Shown: positions 10,295 to 20,007 of the stretch, piece after piece
Layout of the letters: each line of letters starts with the position of its first letter
Numbering within the stretch: the first letter of the stretch is position 1
Source of the DNA: an uncultured Candidatus Sumerlaeota bacterium
GTDB taxonomy: Bacteria > CAYMEV01
DNA length: 45,085 nt
Assembly: GCA_964389675.1 (NCBI GenBank)
Contig: CAYMEV010000005.1
Coordinates: 124,001 to 169,085, forward strand
Direction: 5' to 3'
Made by a program: the position numbers and the translations under genes
The notes under the pieces: model-generated
What the model saw: the letters and a program-made list of their open reading frames with translations, nothing else
Databases searched by the model: none
Told to the model about the DNA's origin: nothing

Positions 10295-11030
10295 GTGGGT
10301 AGTCCTTGACCTGGGGAATATAATCATTAATAACGATCCTCTAATGTCTTTTATATACCATCTTGCCTATGAAAAGATCCATGCAAAGAATAAAGATATC
10401 TCATTTATTGATGTTCTTGAAAAAAGGTCTGAGATTTACAGAAGCAATATCAGAAATGATATGTATTATCATATTCTTGGGGAATACCTTTCAAAAAAGG
10501 ATATAGAAGAATTCACCCGTGAATATAAGGAAACTGTAAATGCAGACTTATCCTATTACTATCCATTTATAACAGGATCAAAACCCTTTATTGAAAGGCT
10601 CTCAAAAAGGTATAAGCTTGGGATAATCGCAAACCAGCCTGCAATCATAAAGGATTACCTGATTAAACACAAGTATCATTCCTATTTCAGTTTCATTGGC
10701 CTGTCAGAAGATATCGGGCTTAAAAAGCCGGATACTGCAATTTTTAAATGGATGCTCAGCAAGACAGGGTCTGATCCCGGAGACATTTTCTATATAGGTG
10801 ACAGTATATACAATGATATTTTACCTGCTCATTCCATGAATATTAAGCCAATCCTGCTCAGGCACAGTGTCTACCGGAAAGGCTTTACTACAAAGAGCAA
10901 CGAGGAGGCTCAATATCTTGACCACCAGGACAGGCTTGACAATTATATCCTTGAGGAGGCAAAGAAACTGGAGTTTCCCCTGGCAATTACTCTTACATAT
11001 GAACAAATTCTTTATTATTTAAATCTATGA
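10281..11030 (+). CDS. HAD-superfamily hydrolase
   Basis: Motif I VVLDLGN, LGIIAN, SEDIGLKKPD, YIGDSIYNDI. Confidence 0.88.
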   Translation: MNRSEWVVLDLGNIIINNDPLMSFIYHLAYEKIHAKNKDISFIDVLEKRSEIYRSNIRNDMYYHILGEYLSKKDIEEFTREYKETVNADLSYYYPFITGSKPFIERLSKRYKLGIIANQPAIIKDYLIKHKYHSYFSFIGLSEDIGLKKPDTAIFKWMLSKTGSDPGDIFYIGDSIYNDILPAHSMNIKPILLRHSVYRKGFTTKSNEEAQYLDHQDRLDNYILEEAKKLEFPLAITLTYEQILYYLNL

Positions 11031-12013
11031 AAAGAGAAATTATTCCATCCCGTTTTCTGGCAGCACCAATGGCGGGTATAACAGATGCACCTTTTAGAAA
11101 GATATTGCGCCTTTATTTTGATGGGATTGTCTTTACTGAAATGGCCTCGGTAATGGCACTAAAATACAACTATCAGAAAGAATCCTCAATATTAAGGTTT
11201 GATGAGCTTGAAAGGCCAATAGGGATACAACTGTTTGGAAAAGACCCGGAAGCATTCTATCTGGCTTCAAAAAAGATAAGAGAGCTGGAGCCTGATCTCC
11301 TTGATATAAATATGGGTTGTCCTGCAAGAAAAGTCATATCTTCAGGCAGCGGGTCTGCGCTTCTTAACGATCCATCCCTGGCGGCAGAGATAATCTCCGG
11401 TTCTGCTGATGGCTTCGAAGGGCCTTTATCGGTTAAGATCAGGCTTCTCGACGATGAAAACATGGATAAAACCCTGGATTTTATTGAAAAAATAATAAAT
11501 AAAAGGATTAGCTTTATAACTGTCCATCTAAGGACACCGAAAGAAAAGTTCAACAAACCTGTAAAATATGAAAAATACAGGGAAATCATTAATTATGACA
11601 GAACAAGGGTTGTTATAAATGGAGGGATTGACAGCAGGAGCAAGATAGATTTACTGTCCGGTCTGGGAGCAAAATATTTTATGATAGGGAATCCTATGCT
11701 GGGAAAACCTCAAATATTCCAGCACTTGAAGGGTTTTGAAAACCCTGTCTTTAATCCTTTGATTCTTGAAGATCTGATGAAAAGGACTGGCATAAATATT
11801 GATAATTTTAAGGACAGCCTTGTGCCTTACCTTCATTTGCTGTTAATAAACAGTGAAAAACCCGAGACTGGAATTAAAGAATTTCGGAAACATTTTTGCT
11901 GGTATACCAAAGGAATGAAAAATTCAAAGGAATACAGAAGTGCTGTTTTTAGATCAACTGACGCTGAGAAAATCAAAAAGCTGGTACTGGAGGTATGCAG
12001 TAGTGCAGGATAA
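11027..12013 (+). CDS. dusB: tRNA-dihydrouridine synthase (DusB-like)
   Basis: APMAGITDAPFR, FTEM, IQLFG, DINMGCPARKV, GSALL, SVKIR, INGGI, FRKHFCWYTKG. Confidence 0.9.
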   Translation: MKREIIPSRFLAAPMAGITDAPFRKILRLYFDGIVFTEMASVMALKYNYQKESSILRFDELERPIGIQLFGKDPEAFYLASKKIRELEPDLLDINMGCPARKVISSGSGSALLNDPSLAAEIISGSADGFEGPLSVKIRLLDDENMDKTLDFIEKIINKRISFITVHLRTPKEKFNKPVKYEKYREIINYDRTRVVINGGIDSRSKIDLLSGLGAKYFMIGNPMLGKPQIFQHLKGFENPVFNPLILEDLMKRTGINIDNFKDSLVPYLHLLLINSEKPETGIKEFRKHFCWYTKGMKNSKEYRSAVFRSTDAEKIKKLVLEVCSSAG

Positions 12014-12737
12014 TATAATAATAGGGAAGAATGCAGTGATGGAGCAAATCAGCAGGGATCCGTCCAGAATAGAAAAAATATACCTGATAAAGGGATTTCA
12101 TAATATCAGAGAAATATCAGCTATCTGCAGACAGAAAAAAATACCATTTAAAATAATGGATAGAAACAATATTGGGTCAAAACTGAAAATATACTGCCAG
12201 AAAGGGGTATTTGCAGTAATAACAGATACTGCAATTATGACTGCAAATGATATTTTAGAGGGCTATAAAATCAGGAAGTCAGGAATAATGCTCTTATTTG
12301 ACAGGATAACAAATGTAGGGAATGCAGGTTCTATTATCAGGAGCAGTATTGCTTTTGGCATAAGGGATTTTATTTTTGAGCTGAATCAGTCTGTTTCCAT
12401 TTCTGCTGTTTTAAGCAAAAGCAGTGCAGGCTACAGCAGCCATGCAAACATATACAGGATCAATTCCCCTTCTGACCTTATAAATAAACTGAAAAACAAT
12501 GGCATATCTATCATATCGCTTGACATGTGCGGCGAGGACATCAGAAAAGCCGAGATCATGCTCCCTATGCTGCTTATTTTGGGAAGCGAGGAAAAGGGTA
12601 TAAGAAGGACCATTATCAGTTCTTCTGATAAAATAATAGGCATAAAAACAGAGAAGGCAGTTGAAAGCCTTAATGTGAGCAATGCAGCATCAATAGCCCT
12701 GTATGAGATTTATAACAGGCTGAATACCAATGTTTAG
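12003..12737 (+). CDS. TrmH/SpoU-family RNA 2'-O-methyltransferase, RlmB-like
   Basis: N-terminal IIGKNAVME; SPOUT motifs GNAGSIIRS, LGSEEKG, ESLNVSNA. Likely GTG start at 12003, after GGAGGT at 11989-11994. Confidence 0.85.
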   Translation: MQDNIIIGKNAVMEQISRDPSRIEKIYLIKGFHNIREISAICRQKKIPFKIMDRNNIGSKLKIYCQKGVFAVITDTAIMTANDILEGYKIRKSGIMLLFDRITNVGNAGSIIRSSIAFGIRDFIFELNQSVSISAVLSKSSAGYSSHANIYRINSPSDLINKLKNNGISIISLDMCGEDIRKAEIMLPMLLILGSEEKGIRRTIISSSDKIIGIKTEKAVESLNVSNAASIALYEIYNRLNTNV

Positions 12738-13458
12738 CAGAAACAGCAGTAAGAATCTCCATATTGTCCTGGTAAGGCCTCAATATCCTGTAAATATAGG
12801 ATTAATTGTCAGAACAATGAAAAACTTCGATATCAATAATCTTCGCCTTGTAAAACCGCAGTGCAATATTTTCAGTGAAATGTCTCTGCGGTTATCCCAT
12901 AAGTCCAGGGATATACTGTCAGACTCCATTATATTTAATGATTTAAAATCTGCACTTAGTGATATTAATATAGTATTTTCAGCTACTGCACGGAAAAGGA
13001 ATATTACTATCCCTTTTATCCTTCCTGAAAAAGTGCCTGCTTTATTGTCAGGATTCTCCAGAGATGATAAGATCGCCATCCTTTTCGGCAATGAAGAAAC
13101 AGGAATGACAAATAATGAACTTAATTTTTCAAATTACTGCGTAAGGATCCCTACATCAAAAGCGCATCCGGCCCTAAATATTGCCCAGTCTGTGTCTATT
13201 ATTCTATATGAAATTTTTAAATCCGGAATCAAATATCAGGATAAGAAGTCATGCTCGGCGGATATTTCTGAACTGGAGAGTTTATTTGACCATATGGAAA
13301 TAACATACAGCAAGCTGGATTTCTTTAAGGAAAAGGACCATACAAGAATGATGAATATTATTAAAGGTATTTACAGGAAAGCATTGCTGAGCTCAAGCGA
13401 TGTGCAGATACTTAGAGGTATACTCAGTAAAACAGACTATATCCTCAAAAAGAGATAA
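12730..13458 (+). CDS. TrmJ/LasT-family tRNA/rRNA methyltransferase
   Basis: IVLVRPQYPVNIG..VR.MKNF, LRLVKP, ATAR.R, LFGNEETGMTN, LNIAQSV.IILYE, LRGIL. Confidence 0.9.
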   Translation: MFSRNSSKNLHIVLVRPQYPVNIGLIVRTMKNFDINNLRLVKPQCNIFSEMSLRLSHKSRDILSDSIIFNDLKSALSDINIVFSATARKRNITIPFILPEKVPALLSGFSRDDKIAILFGNEETGMTNNELNFSNYCVRIPTSKAHPALNIAQSVSIILYEIFKSGIKYQDKKSCSADISELESLFDHMEITYSKLDFFKEKDHTRMMNIIKGIYRKALLSSSDVQILRGILSKTDYILKKR

Positions 13459-13480
13459 TGAATCTATTCTGCACTGATCC

Positions 13481-13927
13481 CTAGTCCCAGACAAATCTCC
13501 AGCTGCCATTATCCTGCCTCTTCCATACAGTATGGAAAATGCCTTCGCTGGTCTTTTCATGGCCATTGATGTCAGTTAATGACATCTGATATTTCCCGTA
13601 AGTATATGCCAGATCACCGGATTCTGAAACATAGACAAAATCCGGTTTCCACTCAAGCAGAGCATTTTCCAGGTTTGATTCTCTGTATATCTCTGCTATT
13701 GAACCTTTGCCCCTGATCAATCGATTATTACGTAGAATTACAGCATCATCATCTGCAAAAAAGGCAAATGCTTCAGCAATACCAGATTTTTTTGCCATCC
13801 TGCAGAATTCCTTTTCTGTCTGTAGAATCTCATTTTTCCAGCGATCCATCTTTGTATTGCTTTTAAGATAATTACAGTTCAATAATGCAGAAAGGCTTAA
13901 TATAATTGTAATAAGTTCCAGTCTCAT
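13481..13927 (-). CDS. NTF2-like / DUF4440 (YybH-like) protein, possibly exported or a lipoprotein
   Basis: AFAFFADDDAV, LEWKP...SESGDLAYTYG.Y, G.FHTVWKRQ.NGSWRFVWD. ATG at 13927 follows GAGGAG. Hydrophobic N-terminus ends in LLNC. Confidence 0.8.
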   Translation of the reverse strand: MRLELITIILSLSALLNCNYLKSNTKMDRWKNEILQTEKEFCRMAKKSGIAEAFAFFADDDAVILRNNRLIRGKGSIAEIYRESNLENALLEWKPDFVYVSESGDLAYTYGKYQMSLTDINGHEKTSEGIFHTVWKRQDNGSWRFVWD

Positions 13928-14116
13928 ACTGCTCCTCCTCAATACCGGTCATATATCCTAAAACTGTTTTAATTGTTTGACATGGCCTTTTATATTATAA
14001 AATATTCTGCACGGTATTTCCAGTACAAATTATCATGCCTTCAGATTGTTTTTAGATTTTTTATATTATCTGGACAGGAAAGCGATAAAGAATAAAATTA
14101 CAAAGGGAGGAACAAA

Positions 14117-15616
14117 ATGTTTATCCTGTTCCCGTACAGCCACGAGGATATGAAAGTCCAGCGGATCCCCGTCGTGACAATTTCTTTGATTGCTGTATGC
14201 GTCCTTTTCTTTATTATTGTAAGGATCGATACAGACCATATTGATAAAAGGCTCCAGACAGATTTCCAGGAATTCTTTGAATTCTATATAGAACACAGCT
14301 ATCTTGAGGTTCCCGAGAGATTCTATACCAGATTCCCTTATATGAGAAAAATGCTTGAAAGCTTCAAAGATTATGCATTTTTCCCACAGCCTCTTCAGGA
14401 AGATGAAACAGAAGATATCGAGGCAATTATCCTAAAACAGCAGTGTGAAATGGAAAAAATGATTGATAATATACTCAATCTGATAAACAGATCTCTCCTT
14501 TATAATTATGGGCATGTGCCAAAATCAGGGTTCAATCCGCTGACCTTAATAACATATGGGTTTATCCATTACGGCTTTTTTCATCTTTTGACCAATATGC
14601 TAATATTATGGATAACCGGCTCAATAATAGAGGACAAACTGGGAAGGTTGTATTACATCCTGTTTTATCTTTCCGCATTAATTTTTGCAGGCTGGACTCA
14701 TTCCATAATTATAAATGCAGGCAATTCTGATGCTGCTAATATCCCTCTAATCGGGGCTTCAGGAGGAATAGCCGGGTTGATGGGGGCTTTTCTGGTAAGA
14801 ATGACAAGAACAAAGATAAATATATTCTACTTTATTATCATTTTTTTCAGAGCAGGGACATTTCAGATTCCTGCTTATCTTCTTCTCCCGCTATGGTTCA
14901 TTTTTCAGCTTATTCAGGGGCTGATACAGCTTGATGTCCCTGTAAGCAATACAGCTTTCTGGGCACATGTAGGCGGTTTTATTTATGGTTTTGCCATATA
15001 TCTTGTCCTAAGGTCCACAAAATTCGAAGAAAAATATATATCAAGTGCCATCGATAAAAAAATAGCTGTATTTGACCAAGAATTATTAAAAGCACTTGAA
15101 TATATAGATTGCGGGAAGACAGATGCTGCATTGAAGATTCTTTTAAGGATTGAGAAAACATCACAAGACCCGGTTATATTCTCAGAGCTGGCTAAAATAT
15201 TTCTGTCAAAAAATGATTATAGAAATGCCCTCAGGCATGCAAACAAGGCATACTCATTGCTTTTCAAAAAGGAATTATACGATATAGTAATCAATCTTTA
15301 CCTGGATATCAAAAATATAAACGACGAATTCCTTCCCAACCCCTCAATAGCGTATAAAATTATTGGTGCTTTCAGGCAGAAAAAGAACCTGGATGAAGCC
15401 AAGCAGTTATGCATCAGGCTTTTCAACAGTGATAAGCACTCTCCTTATTCAGCCAGGGCGGTAATAATATATGCAGATATGCTCTATAAGGATGAGGGTA
15501 AAAAAGAGGATGCAGTATCCTTTTTGAAAAAGGCTTCAGCTTTTTATAGATCCAATAATGAAGCATCAGATGAAATAAAAAACTATCTTCTTGGACTGGA
15601 AGCTTCAGAAATATAA
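14117..15616 (+). CDS. Rhomboid-family intramembrane serine protease with a C-terminal TPR-like region
   Basis: PVVTISLI, FIHYGFFHLLTNM, IEDKLG, catalytic GASG, AFWAHVGGF; helical-repeat C-terminus; GGAGG RBS. Confidence 0.9.
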   Translation: MFILFPYSHEDMKVQRIPVVTISLIAVCVLFFIIVRIDTDHIDKRLQTDFQEFFEFYIEHSYLEVPERFYTRFPYMRKMLESFKDYAFFPQPLQEDETEDIEAIILKQQCEMEKMIDNILNLINRSLLYNYGHVPKSGFNPLTLITYGFIHYGFFHLLTNMLILWITGSIIEDKLGRLYYILFYLSALIFAGWTHSIIINAGNSDAANIPLIGASGGIAGLMGAFLVRMTRTKINIFYFIIIFFRAGTFQIPAYLLLPLWFIFQLIQGLIQLDVPVSNTAFWAHVGGFIYGFAIYLVLRSTKFEEKYISSAIDKKIAVFDQELLKALEYIDCGKTDAALKILLRIEKTSQDPVIFSELAKIFLSKNDYRNALRHANKAYSLLFKKELYDIVINLYLDIKNINDEFLPNPSIAYKIIGAFRQKKNLDEAKQLCIRLFNSDKHSPYSARAVIIYADMLYKDEGKKEDAVSFLKKASAFYRSNNEASDEIKNYLLGLEASEI

Positions 15617-15619
15617 TGT

Positions 15620-16516
15620 CTAATTGTTGGGTACAAAGAGTATGAAGTTGCCTAATGAAGAATATTCTTTAAGAAAATCAATGTTTTGAATGTCCTGGAC
15701 TATTACAGGGGAAACCACAGCAATTTTCAGGTCATTATTGAGCATTTTAAGCTTTTTTACAGTTCCCAGCCATCCTTTTGAATGAAAATCTCCGTTGAAA
15801 TGGATAATATGCACACCGGGGTGGATCGTGATATAATTATTTATTGACTCGGCCATGGTATCATCCTTAAGGCATTGCGCCATATACATCCTGTGGAGAA
15901 AATCACTCTCAGGATTATTATCTTTATCCGGCATATTCGGATGAGATAGACCTGTAATGGTGCTGTAGAACTGCTTTTTATACTCATCATCCAGAACTAC
16001 AAGCTTTTCGGCAGCATGCTTTCTGTCCTTTTCGCTTATTTTATCCATGTGCCCGGTCCTGGCAATAAGAGCGGCTAATCTTCTTGGGACGTTTGCAGCT
16101 ATTATATCGATTTTGTTTCTTTTTGAAAATTCAACTACAGGTGCATAATCCTCCTTATAATTGGGCCAGGGCCTGCTTTTTTCAAGAAATTCTGCAGTTG
16201 ATATCTGATCGTTTAGATACCTGTTAATAATATCCTGCACATCCCTTTCAAACATCTCCATTGATACAGCAACCTTCAGTTCCGGCATTCTGTCAATTAC
16301 ACCGAGAATATCTTGCTGAAACTGGTGTACAGCTTTATTATCATGGAATTCACCCATAAAAATAACATCGAAATCCTTAAAACACCCGGCTAAATCTGAA
16401 ATGGATATTCTTTTGCCACTGCCGGTAAAAACCTGATATTCTGGCTGGCATAAAAGGATAAGGGGAAACAGAAACACGATAAGCATGCAAATATAATACT
16501 GTTTTATTCCGGTCAT
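15620..16516 (-). CDS. ChaN/PhuW-family exported protein
   Basis: DVIFMGEFHDN, SMEMFERD.Q, WPNY..DY.P, AANVPR, AQCLKDDTMAESI, HFNGDFHS; N-terminal signal-like segment. Confidence 0.85.
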   Translation of the reverse strand: MTGIKQYYICMLIVFLFPLILLCQPEYQVFTGSGKRISISDLAGCFKDFDVIFMGEFHDNKAVHQFQQDILGVIDRMPELKVAVSMEMFERDVQDIINRYLNDQISTAEFLEKSRPWPNYKEDYAPVVEFSKRNKIDIIAANVPRRLAALIARTGHMDKISEKDRKHAAEKLVVLDDEYKKQFYSTITGLSHPNMPDKDNNPESDFLHRMYMAQCLKDDTMAESINNYITIHPGVHIIHFNGDFHSKGWLGTVKKLKMLNNDLKIAVVSPVIVQDIQNIDFLKEYSSLGNFILFVPNN

Positions 16517-16519
16517 TTC

Positions 16520-18364
16520 TTAATACCTCATGCTTTCATCAATCCATTCCATAAGGCTTATCTCAAAGCCTACAACAGGATTCGACAGCTTGAAATTTGT
16601 AATAACGGAGGGATGTATTTCTCCAACATGCCCGATCTTTTCAAAATTCCCTTCTTTTTCGAAATAAATATCTCCCGATCTTCCCTCCAGGTAAAATGGG
16701 TAATTATTGGGTTTAATTTGCATGTTCTTTGATACTGCTCTGAACAGAACCTGTAATACTGCTCTAATATCAGAAAAGCCCACTTTTGAATCAATGATGG
16801 CACCAGCTATTTTCCTGATGTCTTTTGAGTTTGTTTCCTGTTGAGTGCATACCCTTGAAACATCGCCTATTTCATAGATCTTCTGCGGCAGGGGATTATG
16901 CTTATTATAGGACAGTGCATCAAGAAGGCCTGGAAGAAGAGTGCTCCTGACCAGTTCCTGCTCCACTGAAGCCGGGTTTTCTATTAGAACCGTGCTGTCA
17001 TCAGGTTCAATATTCATGTTCTTAAAAAGCATATTCTGGTTGGTGAGAAACAGTGTATTCAGTTCCACGAATGAAAGGCCGTTGAATATTTCCCTTATGG
17101 AATTTGAATATGATTCAACTGGATGCTCTTTTCCTTCTGTAACAGATTCTATCCTGCTTGGCAAAAGATTATGGTATCCGTACATTATGGCTATATCTTC
17201 GTATATATCATGAGGATGCATAATATCGGACCTGTAAAGGGGTATACTTACCCTGATATTGTTATCATCAAGCCTTTCAGTCCCGTATCTGGCTTTTTTA
17301 AGAAGCTTATCCATAGTGCTTATATCTATACTAAAGCCTATAAGTTTATTACAGTCCTTTAAATTCACATCCATTTCCTCATTTTCAATAACAGGGGTTT
17401 TCCTGATATCGGATGATCTCATTTCAACCCTGAAGAGTTCAAGGCCTGGCTGCATCTCAAGCAGTGAACATACGAATGTGTTCAAAGTTTTCTCGACCTT
17501 ATCTCTGTAAGGCCCTGTGACATCTATGAATATACTTTCTGTATCCATTCTTACCATTGTTTCCCTGGCATTTATGATTGGAGGCATAGATAATACCTGG
17601 CCTGCTGCATCAATCTGAAGAGGATACCTTTCAAAATTCTCCAGCAGATATGAATATGCTCTGCCCTTAGGGTGCTTTTCAAGTATCTCTGAACAGGACA
17701 TAGGCCTCTTGTCCCACTCCGCAAAGGGAAGTGGATTGAACCTGAACTGGTGTTTATCAACAGTTGTATATTTTACTGGAAATTTAATACAGCTTAAATC
17801 ATGCACGCCAATGGAGGCAAGTTTTCTGTTCCTTCCCATTGCCCAGTGGAGGTTCTCCTGAAGTTTCATAATTGATTTTATAAAAAAATCATCAAATCTG
17901 ATATTCCTTATAACAGCACAGGAAACCTCAGGCCTGAAACTTTCAGGCCTGCTCAGTGATGGGTCGATCTCCACAATAAAATCAGAGTCATGATAAGGAT
18001 ATGATTTTAATCCAGTCTCAAGACCCATATACCCCTTCAGCATCCTTGATAGCCCTGCAACCTCAAAAAGGTCCGGCCTTACAGCAAGAAGCTCCATACG
18101 AATGACTTCCACAGGCTCTACCTGTACCAGTTTTTCAGGTGATTCGCTGTAGGAAATAAAGCAGTTATCGCAGTAGGAAGGTTTTCCTTCACTTTGCAGT
18201 TTCTCGATTATAAAACCGCATTCCCTGCACTGATATCTCTGCATGAAAATAATATCCTCTATATCAGAACCATTCTGAGCCAAAATTTCAAGCAGGTCAT
18301 TCTTTTCAATATTAACCCCCAGCCTTTTTTCAAGCTCATTAACAGGAATTGCTACTATAGGCAT
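16520..18364 (-). CDS. pheT: Phenylalanine--tRNA ligase beta subunit, short archaeal/eukaryotic type
   Basis: 614 aa; RPDL...GL.R.LKG, LQENLH...GRNRK.ASIGVHDL, LSMPPIIN, YRSDIMHP.DI.EDIAI.YGY, IENP, RSTLLPGLL, GEIHP. No bacterial B2 OB-fold or B8 anticodon-binding domain is evident. Confidence 0.93.
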   Translation of the reverse strand: MPIVAIPVNELEKRLGVNIEKNDLLEILAQNGSDIEDIIFMQRYQCRECGFIIEKLQSEGKPSYCDNCFISYSESPEKLVQVEPVEVIRMELLAVRPDLFEVAGLSRMLKGYMGLETGLKSYPYHDSDFIVEIDPSLSRPESFRPEVSCAVIRNIRFDDFFIKSIMKLQENLHWAMGRNRKLASIGVHDLSCIKFPVKYTTVDKHQFRFNPLPFAEWDKRPMSCSEILEKHPKGRAYSYLLENFERYPLQIDAAGQVLSMPPIINARETMVRMDTESIFIDVTGPYRDKVEKTLNTFVCSLLEMQPGLELFRVEMRSSDIRKTPVIENEEMDVNLKDCNKLIGFSIDISTMDKLLKKARYGTERLDDNNIRVSIPLYRSDIMHPHDIYEDIAIMYGYHNLLPSRIESVTEGKEHPVESYSNSIREIFNGLSFVELNTLFLTNQNMLFKNMNIEPDDSTVLIENPASVEQELVRSTLLPGLLDALSYNKHNPLPQKIYEIGDVSRVCTQQETNSKDIRKIAGAIIDSKVGFSDIRAVLQVLFRAVSKNMQIKPNNYPFYLEGRSGDIYFEKEGNFEKIGHVGEIHPSVITNFKLSNPVVGFEISLMEWIDESMRY

Positions 18365-19884
18365 ACAGGTACCTCCTTAAGCCACTCAATATCAGATATG
18401 TATAAATCCTTTATAAATTCAATATCGTACTTAAACATGGCAATCCTTTCAAGGCCAAGGCCCCATGCAAGAACAGGCACTTTGCATCCAAGCGGCTGCG
18501 TAACTTCTTTTCTGAATATCCCTGCACCCCCCATTTCCATCCAGTCCTTTTTCTTTGGGTTATAAACATATATCTCCACGCTCGGCTCTGTATACGGAAA
18601 AAATGCTGGCCTGAAATAGAATTTTGAAAATCCCATCTTTCTGTAAAAAGTGTCCAGAGTGCCAAGAAGATTCTGGAAATTTGCTTCTTCATCAATGATA
18701 ATCCCGTCAACCTGGTGGAAAAACGGAAGATGCTTGTAATCAATAGTTTCACGACGGAAAACCTTGCCAACCAGGAAAACCTTTCTGGGAGGTTTAGGGT
18801 CAGAGTATAGAGACCTTATTGTAGCAGCTGTTGTATGAGTCCTTAGAATAGCATTTTTGCTCTTCTCAATGTCCCACTTGTATCCCCAGCCCCTGGACCC
18901 TGTGTCTGAGCCGTTCTCATGGACTTCTCGTATTTTTTCAATGACCTTTTCATCAGGTAATTTGCATTTGTCAGGATTTTTCAGGTAAAATGTATCCTGC
19001 ATCTCTCTTGCAGGATGATCCTGAGGCTGGAAAAGCGCATCAAAGTCCCAGAATGCAGATTCAACATTGGTATATCTTATTTCCTCAAATCCCATCTCGA
19101 CAAATATCCTTCTGACATTATTTACAACATTGGTCATGGGGTGAAGCTTGCCTGCCTGTATGGGGTCTGAGATATCATTGACATTATACTCCTTGAACTC
19201 AACTTCCTTCCATTTTTCATCCACCAGCATGCCGGGGGTAAGATGCGTAACCTCATCTCTCATTTTTATGCCCTTTCCAACAAGCATAACTCCATCCTGT
19301 GTAATAGAAGCATACCTGATCTTTCTCATTTTGAGGTTAAACCATTTGCTTCTGGGCTTCAGCAGTTCCAATGCCATATCAATGTCAAAAGAATCAATCT
19401 CATCTTCAAAAATACTTCCTTTACAGGCTAAATCTTTTATAAGCTTCTCATCTGCCGTCTCTGGTGGTTCAGTGTCTTTAATATCTCCGGAGATGATAAT
19501 ACGGCCTTTTTCGTTTATAGCCCACTTTTTCAAATCCAGAATCTTTAGAGTCTTGCCAATGATTTTTGTCCCGAGGCCACATGTTTCGCTGATTTCAGAT
19601 ACAGAACCTTCTCCCCCGAGTTTTTTCAGAGCTTTCAATATTGTCCTTTCAGGAAGCTCCGAAAGGTTATTATGCTCGTCATCATATCCTTTCCAGATAA
19701 TCTCTCTTTTTTGATTCTCCGAAATACTGATATAGCCCATGTCCTGAAGTGTAAGCGAATCACCATATATCAGGGTTGAGGGAATATCGAGATGTTCTCC
19801 CAGATTATCAAGGCTTACACTCTCTTCTTTGGAATTATAAAGATAGTTAAGTATCTTATACTGTGATTTAGGAAATGATTTCAT
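18355..19884 (-). CDS. pheS: Phenylalanine--tRNA ligase alpha subunit, long archaeal/eukaryotic type
   Basis: About 509 aa with N-terminal winged-helix-like domains (LPER); FWDFDALFQPQDHPAREMQDTF, LRTHTT, FFPYTEPS, AWGLGLER. Start probably ATG 19884 after GAGGAG (the ORF extends to 19917). Confidence 0.95.
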   Translation of the reverse strand: MKSFPKSQYKILNYLYNSKEESVSLDNLGEHLDIPSTLIYGDSLTLQDMGYISISENQKREIIWKGYDDEHNNLSELPERTILKALKKLGGEGSVSEISETCGLGTKIIGKTLKILDLKKWAINEKGRIIISGDIKDTEPPETADEKLIKDLACKGSIFEDEIDSFDIDMALELLKPRSKWFNLKMRKIRYASITQDGVMLVGKGIKMRDEVTHLTPGMLVDEKWKEVEFKEYNVNDISDPIQAGKLHPMTNVVNNVRRIFVEMGFEEIRYTNVESAFWDFDALFQPQDHPAREMQDTFYLKNPDKCKLPDEKVIEKIREVHENGSDTGSRGWGYKWDIEKSKNAILRTHTTAATIRSLYSDPKPPRKVFLVGKVFRRETIDYKHLPFFHQVDGIIIDEEANFQNLLGTLDTFYRKMGFSKFYFRPAFFPYTEPSVEIYVYNPKKKDWMEMGGAGIFRKEVTQPLGCKVPVLAWGLGLERIAMFKYDIEFIKDLYISDIEWLKEVPVCL

Positions 19885-20007
19885 CGCCCGCTCCTCATAA
19901 TATTTACTTATGACCATGCTGTAGAATATTTTAAGACTTCAGATATTAATAGAATATTATGAAATGTAAATATAAATTCTGAAAGCGTATGGCAATACAA
20001 AATGAAC

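Noticed and set aside
10281-10325. HAD motif I reads DLGN rather than DxD
   Set aside because: DLGN/DLGG is normal in YihX-like HAD subfamilies, so it is not evidence of inactivation.
19148-19714. Long antisense ORFs (e.g. 19148-19714 +, 36285-36779 -, 39078-39638 -, 1046-1477 -)
   Set aside because: They lie opposite well-supported genes and are Ser/Phe/Ile-rich mirror translations with no motifs.
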